DNA of 64,000 nt. It comes from an uncultured Bacteroidaceae bacterium (GTDB lineage Bacteria; CAIWAD01). The notes under the pieces were generated by a model. It ran no database searches, was not told where the DNA came from, and saw nothing but the letters and a program-made list of their open reading frames with translations. A program made the position numbers and the translations under genes. Positions 57,262 through 64,000 of the stretch are shown one piece after another. How positions within the stretch are numbered: position 1 is the first letter of the stretch; every line of letters starts with the position of its first letter. The DNA is taken from the NCBI GenBank assembly GCA_964568855.1, contig CAZMSD010000003.1:25848-89847 (forward strand). The letters run 5' to 3'.

Positions 57262-59759
57262 GTTCGGTCCTTCACGAGAAAGGTCCTGGACTTGTAGCTG
57301 CTGGTAACCACGGTGATGGAACTCAACGGCATCAGCAGGGCCGCCGCGAGGGGATGGATCATCCCCGCCACGGCCAGGCCGGCGCCCACGATATTGTAGC
57401 ACAGAGAGAAGACAAGGTTCCTGCGTATCACGCCCACGGTCCGCCGCGAGCCCTCGACCAGGTCCGCCACTGCGAAGATCCCGGGCTCGGTGAGGAAGAC
57501 GTCCGCCGCCGCCAGGCTGGCCTCGGCGCCGCCGTGAACGCTGATTCCCACGGTGGCCGCTGATAGTGCCGCCGCGTCGTTGACCCCGTCACCGACCATC
57601 AGCACCGTTTCCCGGCGGGCTGCCTCCTCGACTACGGCCAGTTTCTCCTCGGGCAGGACCCCGCCGCGGCAGGCCGCCGGATCCAGCCCCAGCGCATCGG
57701 CCACGCGGGCGACCACCCGGGGGTGATCGCCGGAAATCATCTCCAGCTTCCAGCCGAGACTCTCGAGCCTGCGCAGGGTGGACTCGGCGTCGGGGCGCAG
57801 GGGATCGCCCATCCCGGCGACGCCGCAGACCCTCCCGTCCACCGCCACAACCACGGGGCTCAACGCCTCGTCCACCATGGACTCCACCGCCCGGGCGTTC
57901 TCCCCGTCCAGCGGACCGAGTTCGCGCGCCGCGTACGCGGGCGATCCGACCAGCACCCTCCGTCCCCGCACGAGTCCCTGAACTCCTCCGCCCATGACCT
58001 GCCGGAAATCCTCGGGCGGTTCGGCGTCTTCCCTCGTCTCGCCCGCGGCGAAATGTCTCACGAAGGCCCGCGCCACGGGGTGGTTCGAGTGGCGCTCAAG
58101 CTCCGCCGCCAGCCGCCCGGTCTCTTCCCGGCCCTCCCAGCGGACCAGGGCCATCCGGCCCTCCGTCAGGGTCCCGGTCTTGTCCAGCAGCAGGCGTCCC
58201 GGCCGGCTCAGCGCCTCCACCACGTCGCCGCCCTTGATCAACAGGCCCGCGCGGGCCGCCCGGCCCACGGCCACGCTGACCGCCAGGGGAGTGGCCAGGC
58301 CCAGAGCGCAGGGACAGGTGACGATCAGCAGGGCTACCGTGTGATCCACCGCCCGCGACGGGTCCAGCCAGGCCCAGAGCAGCCCGGTGAAGGCCGCCAG
58401 CCCCAGCACGATCGCCACGAACCATCCGGCCAGCCGGTCCGCCATCCGGACCAGGGGCGCCTTGCGCCGGGCGGCCTCTTCCACGATGCGCATCAGGCGC
58501 CCAACGCGGGTGTTCTCGCCCGTCCCGCGGACCCGCAGCAGCAGCGGGGCGCCGAGGTTCAGCGTGCCGGCGTGCACCTCGTCTCCCGGTGACACGTCCA
58601 CGGGCCGCGACTCGCCGGTGATCAGCGAGAGGTCGAGCGTCGAACGTCCCTCCACGATCTCGCCGTCCGCGGGGACGGAGCCCTCCGCCGGAACCTCCAC
58701 CAGATCCTCCGGGAGCAGGGCCTCCACAGGCACTTCCCGCACCCGGCGCGGGATTCCGTTCTCCCCGTCGCTTCTTTCCTCTACGCGCCTGGCCGAGGAC
58801 GGGGCGAGCGAATAGAGCAGTTCGGCGGCGTCCGAGGCTTCGCGCTTCCGCCGGCGCTCGAGCCAGCGGCCGACCAGCAGCAGGAAGATCAGCATGGTCA
58901 CCGAGTCGAAGTAGATCTCCCCGGAGGAACGGACCGTGTTGACCAGGCCGGCGACGAAGCCGACGCCGATGCCCAGCGAGATGGGCAGATCCATGTGCAG
59001 GGTCCGCGTGCGCAGGGCGCCCCAGGCCCCGCGGAAGAACAGGCCCGCCGAGTAGAGTACCGCGGGCAGGGCGATCAACAGGCTGGACCAGTGAAAGTAG
59101 CGCTCGTGCCGGAGGTCCATGCCCCCGGGAATGCTCCCGTAGAGGGCGATGGCGATCAGCATCACGTTGCCCGCCGATGCGGCGGCCACGGCGATGCGGA
59201 TCAGCAGCCGGCGATCCTCGCGGCGCCTGATCTCGCGGATTCTGACTCCCCGGTAGGGATGGACGGGATAGCCCAGCGAATCGATGAAGCGGGCGATGTT
59301 CGAGAGCGGCGTGTCAGCGGGATTCCAGGTGATACTCGCCACCGATCGTCCGATGTCCAGCCGGGCCTCGTGAACGCCCGGCACGGCCAGGGGCACTTTC
59401 TCCACCAGCCAGACGCAGGCGGCGCAGTGCACGCCTTCGAGGTAGAGCTCGACCCGCCGCAGGTCCCCGCCTGCGGGCGGGCAATAGAGTTCCATGAAGG
59501 CCGGGTCGTCGTACTCCTCGTAGCTGCGCCCGCCTCCGCCGGCGCTTCGCGGTTCCTCGCCCACCGTCCGCGCGACCTCGTAATACTGCTCGAGCCCGTG
59601 GCGGTGAATCACCTCGTAGACGGTCCGGCAGCCGTTGCAGCAGAACTGCTCCCCGGCGTCCTCCACCACCAGGCCCCGCGGGACCGGCAGTCCGCAGTGA
59701 GTGCAGTGGACGGATTCCGCCCCCCGCTCAGGGTTTCGCGCCGTGTTCACTGGCGCCAC
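57252..59759 (-). CDS. ccoI: Copper-translocating P1B-type ATPase CcoI/FixI.
   Basis: The N-terminus has CTHCGLPV and FCCNGCRTVYEV, then an HMA motif GVHCAACV. Eight TM helices are predicted. Motifs include CPC (VTCPCALGLA), DKTGTLT, MVGDGVNDAAAL and TGES. It is embedded in the cco cluster. Confidence 0.9.
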   Translation of the reverse strand: MAPVNTARNPERGAESVHCTHCGLPVPRGLVVEDAGEQFCCNGCRTVYEVIHRHGLEQYYEVARTVGEEPRSAGGGGRSYEEYDDPAFMELYCPPAGGDLRRVELYLEGVHCAACVWLVEKVPLAVPGVHEARLDIGRSVASITWNPADTPLSNIARFIDSLGYPVHPYRGVRIREIRRREDRRLLIRIAVAAASAGNVMLIAIALYGSIPGGMDLRHERYFHWSSLLIALPAVLYSAGLFFRGAWGALRTRTLHMDLPISLGIGVGFVAGLVNTVRSSGEIYFDSVTMLIFLLLVGRWLERRRKREASDAAELLYSLAPSSARRVEERSDGENGIPRRVREVPVEALLPEDLVEVPAEGSVPADGEIVEGRSTLDLSLITGESRPVDVSPGDEVHAGTLNLGAPLLLRVRGTGENTRVGRLMRIVEEAARRKAPLVRMADRLAGWFVAIVLGLAAFTGLLWAWLDPSRAVDHTVALLIVTCPCALGLATPLAVSVAVGRAARAGLLIKGGDVVEALSRPGRLLLDKTGTLTEGRMALVRWEGREETGRLAAELERHSNHPVARAFVRHFAAGETREDAEPPEDFRQVMGGGVQGLVRGRRVLVGSPAYAARELGPLDGENARAVESMVDEALSPVVVAVDGRVCGVAGMGDPLRPDAESTLRRLESLGWKLEMISGDHPRVVARVADALGLDPAACRGGVLPEEKLAVVEEAARRETVLMVGDGVNDAAALSAATVGISVHGGAEASLAAADVFLTEPGIFAVADLVEGSRRTVGVIRRNLVFSLCYNIVGAGLAVAGMIHPLAAALLMPLSSITVVTSSYKSRTFLVKDRTCP

Positions 59760-60540
59760 TTTCCTCCTCCTGCTCCTCTTTGCAGCAGGGTAGTTCCCAG
59801 GGATTCTGCGTCTCCGTCCCCCGATCCAGGGCCACCGCCGATTTCAGCCGGGCGAAGCGCTCGACGGGAATCGCCGCCCGGTCGATCACGGTGTAGGCGC
59901 CGATCGCGATCAGGACCAGGGCGCTGACCAGCGGCAGGTGCCGGCGCAGCGGTCCCGCCAGGAACTGCACGCCGAAGCCCAGTCCGAGCATCACGGGCAC
60001 CGTCCCCAGCCAGAAGGCGGCCATCACCAGGGAGCCCAGGGCCGGGTGCCCGGTGCCGGCTGCGGTGATGGCGAAGGCGTAGAGCCAGCCGCAGGGCAGC
60101 AGGGCGGAAAGCAGGCCCAGCGTCAGGGCGCGTATCACGGGCGGTTTCCCTCCGATCCCTCCCAGGAGGCGACCCAGCAGTCGCTGGATCCCTGAGGGCA
60201 GCCGGGCGCCGATCTGCAGTCCACGGATCTGCAGCAGCATCATCAGGCCCCAGAGAATCATCAGGCCGCCGGCCACCAGCGCGCCCCCGCGCTGCAGCCC
60301 GGCCGCCGCTCCGGCCAGGTCGAGGGCCGCGCCCAGCGCCCCGGCGGCGGCTCCCAGCAGGCCGTAGGCCACCAGCCTTCCGCCGTTGTAGGCCGTGTGA
60401 GACGCGATCCGCGAGAGGCCCGCGCTCTGGTCGGCGCCGGCGTAGAAAGCCACGAATCCGCCGCACATGCCCGCGCAGTGCAGGCTGCCCAGCAGGCTGG
60501 CGGCCAGAACGGCTCCGTACAGCGCGATCACGACGGTCAC
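59728..60540 (-). CDS. DsbD_2/UreH-like polytopic membrane protein with an HCxxMCGG motif, inserted between fixH and ccoI.
   Basis: 270 aa with ~6 TM helices. It contains LGSLHCAGMCGGFVAFY plus a second Cys pair. The family is DsbD_2, a cytochrome c biogenesis / metal transporter-like family. Confidence 0.55.
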   Translation of the reverse strand: MTVVIALYGAVLAASLLGSLHCAGMCGGFVAFYAGADQSAGLSRIASHTAYNGGRLVAYGLLGAAAGALGAALDLAGAAAGLQRGGALVAGGLMILWGLMMLLQIRGLQIGARLPSGIQRLLGRLLGGIGGKPPVIRALTLGLLSALLPCGWLYAFAITAAGTGHPALGSLVMAAFWLGTVPVMLGLGFGVQFLAGPLRRHLPLVSALVLIAIGAYTVIDRAAIPVERFARLKSAVALDRGTETQNPWELPCCKEEQEEESGASEHGAKP

Positions 60541-61100
60541 TCCTCCGGCGCGCCGCCGCCCGCCGCGGCTTCCAGCAGGCGGGTCTGGACGCTGGTGAAG
60601 CGCTCGCCGCTCCGGCGCACCTCGGAGCGGAATTCCCAGAGTCCCGGCGGCCCCAGGCGCAGGGCCGCGCCGTATCCGTCGGCCAGGGGCGGCAAGGCCG
60701 CTTCGATCCGGTGCCCGGACCAGGCGTTGTGGAAGCAGGAGACGCGGATCTCCGCGCCCGCGAGCCTCGTCCCCGCGCCGTCCAGCAGACGGCAGAGCAG
60801 CAGCGTGTTCGGCGGTCCGGCTTCCGGCAGCGCGCCGGCCATTCCCTCGGGGACGGGCTTGAAGTCCAGCTCGAGCAGCCAGCCCAGTTCGCGGTTGTAT
60901 TTCCGCTGGGCGGCGGTCTCGTCCCAGTCGAGGGCCTTGCGGTAGTAGTCCGGCTCCACGGCATGTGAGGGATCCTTGTGCGCGTTGTAGACCAGCGCCG
61001 CGTTGATCAGGGCCATCAGCGCCAGCAGACCGACCACGATCCAGGGCCAGTACCAGCCTGTATTACGCCGTCCGCCGCCGGAGTTCTTCCGCTCGCTCAT
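60537..61100 (-). CDS. ccoH: FixH/CcoH family protein.
   Basis: It has an N-terminal TM segment (WYWPWIVVGLLALMALINAALVY). Conserved FixH-like segments follow (DYYRKALDWDE..., ELGWLLELD). It lies between ccoG and ccoI. Confidence 0.7.
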   Translation of the reverse strand: MSERKNSGGGRRNTGWYWPWIVVGLLALMALINAALVYNAHKDPSHAVEPDYYRKALDWDETAAQRKYNRELGWLLELDFKPVPEGMAGALPEAGPPNTLLLCRLLDGAGTRLAGAEIRVSCFHNAWSGHRIEAALPPLADGYGAALRLGPPGLWEFRSEVRRSGERFTSVQTRLLEAAAGGGAPEE

Positions 61101-61124
61101 CTTGAGATCCCGTTTTACTAGGCC

Positions 61125-62657
61125 CTAGTCGCCGATCCCCGGTCCCAGCAGGCGGCATTCCCGCTGCTCGCTGAACTCCACGCTGTCCGTGATCGCGAAC
61201 ACGGCCTGCGCGAAGCCGCGGCTGAATTCCTCCCGCCCCGCCACCACGAACACCCCGGCTGAGGCCATTTTCCCGCCTTCCACCACCAGCGGATTCAAGG
61301 GAGCGATCATCCGTGCATTCTCCGGTTCATCCAGGCGCAGCCAGTAGCTGCGCGTTTCATTCGCCCGGTTCCAGATCTTGATCCGAACGGCGTTGGAGAT
61401 CCCGCCGTCATTAAGGACCGCGTAGGGATCTCCCAGCCCGCGCAGCATGGTCACTTCCGCGCTCTCCCGGGCCGCGAGCTGCATGGCCATCAAGCCGAAG
61501 ATCAGGGCCAACAGCGCGGGATAGAAAACCAGCCGCGGGCGGAAGAAGCGGCGCCGGCCGGTTTCGATCTCGCTCTGGCTGCCGTAGCGCACCAGTCCCC
61601 GCGGATAGCCGATCTTATCCATCACATCGTCGCAGGCGTCGATGCACTGGGTGCAGTGGATGCATTCGAGCTGCAGGCCTTCGCGGATGTCGATTCCCGT
61701 GGGGCACACGGCGACGCAGTGATTGCAGTCGATGCAGTCCCCGCTTTCCTCCGCACGCTTCCCCTTGCGTAGCTTTTTCCGCGGTTCTCCGCGCCGCCGG
61801 TCGTAGGCCACGATGAGCGAGTCGGTATCGAGCAGCACGGACTGGAAACGACCGTAGGGGCAGGCCACGATGCAGGTCTGCTCCCGGAAATAGGCGAAGT
61901 CGACGAAGACCAGCCCCGAGGTCACCAGCATCACCAGGAAGCCGGCGAGGTGATCCGGCGGGGAGCCCGTGATCCAGACCAGCAGCGTATCCGTGCCCAC
62001 CCAGTAGGCCAGGAAAGTGTTGGCCAGGACGATCGAGATCAACAAGAAAAGCAGGTGCTTCACCAGGCGCCGGGGCTTGAATCCCCCGGCCCGGTCCATG
62101 CGGTGCTGGGTCACGTAGTCGCCCTCGATCAGGCGCTCCAAGGGCCGGAAGAGGTATTCCATGTAGACCGTCTGCGGGCAGCCCCAGCCGCACCACGCGC
62201 GTCCCAGCAGGGCGGTGAGCAGGAAGATGCCGAGTAGGATGCCCACCATCAGCAGCATCAGCAGGATCGAGTCCGTGGGCATGAAGGTGGTGCCGAAGAA
62301 GGTGAACTGACGCCGGGGCAGGTCGAAGAGCATCCAGGGCTTGCCGTTCATTCTCAGGTGCGGAATGGCCAGGTAGAGGACCACCAGGAACCAGGCCGTG
62401 AACATCCGCAGCCGGTAGAACCGGCCCCTGGCCAGTCTCGGCCGCAGCCAGCGGCGCGACCCATCCTTGTTGAGCGTGGACAGTACCCGATCGGGGGCTT
62501 CGAGAAATGGTCCTGCACTCACCTGGCGCTTCCTTTCAGCTGGAGATCCGTCGCCCGGCACGGCGGCCCGGCGCGCCTCTCGCCCGCCATGAGCAAAGAA
62601 CGGGGAGGCCACCGTCGCCCGTGCCTGTAACACGGTACCGCGCTTCCGGTATGACAT
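61125..62657 (-). CDS. ccoG: Cytochrome c oxidase accessory protein CcoG/FixG (polyferredoxin-like).
   Basis: TM helices are present. It has two ferredoxin-type CxxCxxC motifs (CGWGCPQTVY; CIDCNHCVAVCPTGIDI; CIHCTQCIDACD). The protein is 510 aa. Confidence 0.85.
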   Translation of the reverse strand: MSYRKRGTVLQARATVASPFFAHGGREARRAAVPGDGSPAERKRQVSAGPFLEAPDRVLSTLNKDGSRRWLRPRLARGRFYRLRMFTAWFLVVLYLAIPHLRMNGKPWMLFDLPRRQFTFFGTTFMPTDSILLMLLMVGILLGIFLLTALLGRAWCGWGCPQTVYMEYLFRPLERLIEGDYVTQHRMDRAGGFKPRRLVKHLLFLLISIVLANTFLAYWVGTDTLLVWITGSPPDHLAGFLVMLVTSGLVFVDFAYFREQTCIVACPYGRFQSVLLDTDSLIVAYDRRRGEPRKKLRKGKRAEESGDCIDCNHCVAVCPTGIDIREGLQLECIHCTQCIDACDDVMDKIGYPRGLVRYGSQSEIETGRRRFFRPRLVFYPALLALIFGLMAMQLAARESAEVTMLRGLGDPYAVLNDGGISNAVRIKIWNRANETRSYWLRLDEPENARMIAPLNPLVVEGGKMASAGVFVVAGREEFSRGFAQAVFAITDSVEFSEQRECRLLGPGIGD

Positions 62658-62850
62658 CCGGAACCGCCGCCTTTCGGTGATTCAACCTCCCCGGTACCCC
62701 GGAGATATTTGGTGCTTTCCCATCCGGGCACGCAGGAGCGGTCCGCCGTGCAATGCTTCGGCGAACCGGCTCAACCCGTTTCTGCGCGTCGCGCCGGACC
62801 TGCCGCGTCCCGATGGAAAGCCCAAGGATTCCGTCGGGACGGGATGGGAT

Positions 62851-63411
62851 TCATTGTACCAGATTCCCTTCCGGAGCTTTCGGCTGGGCCGGCGTGGTTC
62901 CCTTGAGGGTGCTCACGAAGGCTACCACGCTGTTGAGCTCATCGGAACTCATCATGGTCTTCCAGCTCAGCATGCCCTTCTCCGGCACTCCCTCGCTGAC
63001 CACGTGGTGGATGTCCATCAGGCTGCCCGCGCCGTGGATCCAGTAGTTGTCGCAGAGGTTCGGCCCGATGCTGCCTCCGCCGTCGTTCAGGTGACAGGGC
63101 GAGCAGAGGCTCGTGAACTTGGCCCGGCCCGCTTGCACCCGGCCCTGATCGGCCAGGACTGACTTAAGCATGGCGTTGGTGACCTTCACGGCCGGAACCG
63201 CCGCAAGCTGGGCATCCCAGTTGGAAAGTTCTTCGGCGTATTCGTCGTGGATGCTGGGGCCCGATGCGATATGGTAAAACACAAAATAGGCAGCAGAAAA
63301 AACGATGGTGATCCAGAAGATCCAGACCCACCAGCGCGGCAGGGGATTGTCGTACTCCTGGATGCCGTCGTATGAGTGTTCGCGGAGCGTGTCGCGTTCC
63401 TGTCCGCTCAT
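62851..63411 (-). CDS. ccoP: cbb3-type cytochrome c oxidase subunit CcoP/FixP, monoheme form.
   Basis: The N-terminal CcoP signature is DGIQEYDNPLPRWW plus a TM helix. A single heme-binding motif CSPCH is present. The 186-aa length fits the monoheme CcoP variants. Confidence 0.7.
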   Translation of the reverse strand: MSGQERDTLREHSYDGIQEYDNPLPRWWVWIFWITIVFSAAYFVFYHIASGPSIHDEYAEELSNWDAQLAAVPAVKVTNAMLKSVLADQGRVQAGRAKFTSLCSPCHLNDGGGSIGPNLCDNYWIHGAGSLMDIHHVVSEGVPEKGMLSWKTMMSSDELNSVVAFVSTLKGTTPAQPKAPEGNLVQ

Positions 63412-63412
63412 G

Positions 63413-63691
63413 CTATCTCCTTGTCTTCGAAGCCTGAGCCTCGCTTTCTTCTTCGACGAAGCCGGGTCCGTGCTCCGAGATCCTTCCCTCTCCCCCGGCC
63501 GGCTGCTTCCCGCTCGCTCCGGCAGGAACGCCGTCCTCGAGGGGCAGGGAACTCAGTTCATCCAGCTTGCCGCGATGCGACTGGATCATCAGGCGCAAGG
63601 CGATGACCAGGAACACCACCAGGAAAATCAACAATCCAGCGATGGCGTACCCGGCCAGTCCTGAAGCTCCCATGATCTCGGATAGACTCAT
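63413..63691 (-). CDS. ccoQ: Small membrane protein, candidate CcoQ/FixQ.
   Basis: 92 aa with one N-terminal TM helix (GLAGYAIAGLLIFLVVFLVIAL) followed by a hydrophilic tail. It lies between ccoO and ccoP. Confidence 0.45.
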   Translation of the reverse strand: MSLSEIMGASGLAGYAIAGLLIFLVVFLVIALRLMIQSHRGKLDELSSLPLEDGVPAGASGKQPAGGEGRISEHGPGFVEEESEAQASKTRR

Positions 63692-63723
63692 TTTCGTCCC
63701 TATGATCGAAACATCCGATCGAA

Positions 63724-64000
63724 TCAGGGCCGGTTCCGGTCCACCGCAGGGCGGCCTGTCATGCCGGCGGAATTCTCGTCGCTCATGGTGGCTTCACCCT
63801 CGGCCACGGAATTCCTGATGTCGCTTCCCAGCCGCTGCATGTAAGCCAGCAGGGCGATCACGTCGCGGTCCGAAAGATCCCGCTCGTAGCCTTGCTCCAT
63901 CAGGCCCCGGGCCAGCTCATCGGCTTGCCGGCGGGCCATCCCGGAGGCCTTGTTGATCGCCTCCCCGTAGGGCACGCCCAGCATGGCCATGGCGTCAACC
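63724..64000 (-). CDS. ccoO: Partial CDS: C-terminal end of cbb3 oxidase subunit CcoO (or fused CcoNO), running off the window edge.
   Basis: The visible C-terminus (...VIALLAYMQRLGSDI...) resembles the CcoO C-terminus. The frame continues beyond position 64000. Confidence 0.55.
   Translation of the reverse strand, partial: VDAMAMLGVPYGEAINKASGMARRQADELARGLMEQGYERDLSDRDVIALLAYMQRLGSDIRNSVAEGEATMSDENSAGMTGRPAVDRNRP

Overview
This is a high-GC (~67%) bacterial chromosomal segment, densely coded on both strands, with no tRNA, rRNA, CRISPR array, transposase or integrase detected. A type-IX-secretion C-terminal sorting domain on a BNR-repeat protein points to an FCB-superphylum-like, possibly Gemmatimonadota-like, organism, but the lineage is an inference. 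Gene content in order:
- Tail of an outer-membrane factor, then the membrane-fusion protein (CzcB/CusB family) and the heavy-metal RND transporter (CzcA family) of a first heavy-metal efflux system.
- A tandem-hairpin terminator, then formamidopyrimidine-DNA glycosylase (mutM), threonine aldolase (ltaE), Fe/Mn superoxide dismutase, a CopZ-like metallochaperone, and a B-type succinate dehydrogenase (sdhCAB).
- A BNR/Asp-box beta-propeller protein with a T9SS sorting tail, and a secreted LamG-domain protein.
- A hybrid PAS histidine kinase with a single-domain response regulator.
- An arsenite methylation pair (arsR-arsM).
- A stand-alone histidine ammonia-lyase whose catalytic MIO triad reads Ala-Cys-Gly.
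- A sigma-54 regulatory module: periplasmic-sensing histidine kinase plus NtrC-type activator, followed by a textbook sigma-54 promoter driving a small Cys-rich secreted protein. A second sigma-54 promoter with an upstream palindrome array drives a second heavy-metal RND system (outer-membrane factor, CusB-like fusion protein with paired DCPICGM motifs, an unusually long 1293-aa CusA-like pump, and a periplasmic double-YHS protein).
- A prkA-yeaH(DUF444)-spoVR module immediately followed by a divergent second PrkA-like AAA protein.
- On the minus strand, a TolB-like propeller, class I fumarase, folE, yhhQ and nth.
- A PAS/GAF sensor with no output domain.
- A 1420-aa S8 subtilase.
- NAD-isocitrate dehydrogenase fused to a Lys/Ala-rich histone-H1-like N-terminal tail.
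- Two lipoproteins and an ECF sigma factor.
- A complete cbb3 oxidase maturation cluster (ccoO[partial]QP, ccoG, ccoH, a DsbD_2-like protein, ccoI, ccoS).
The most unusual signals are the heptamer GTGAYAC/GTRTCAC, over-represented about four-fold and built from rare codons, with paired copies in intergenic spacers; the sigma-54-controlled metal island with a ZraP-positioned but unrelated Cys-rich protein; the four-gene prkA cluster; the Cys-for-Ser MIO histidine ammonia-lyase; and the histone-like tail on isocitrate dehydrogenase.
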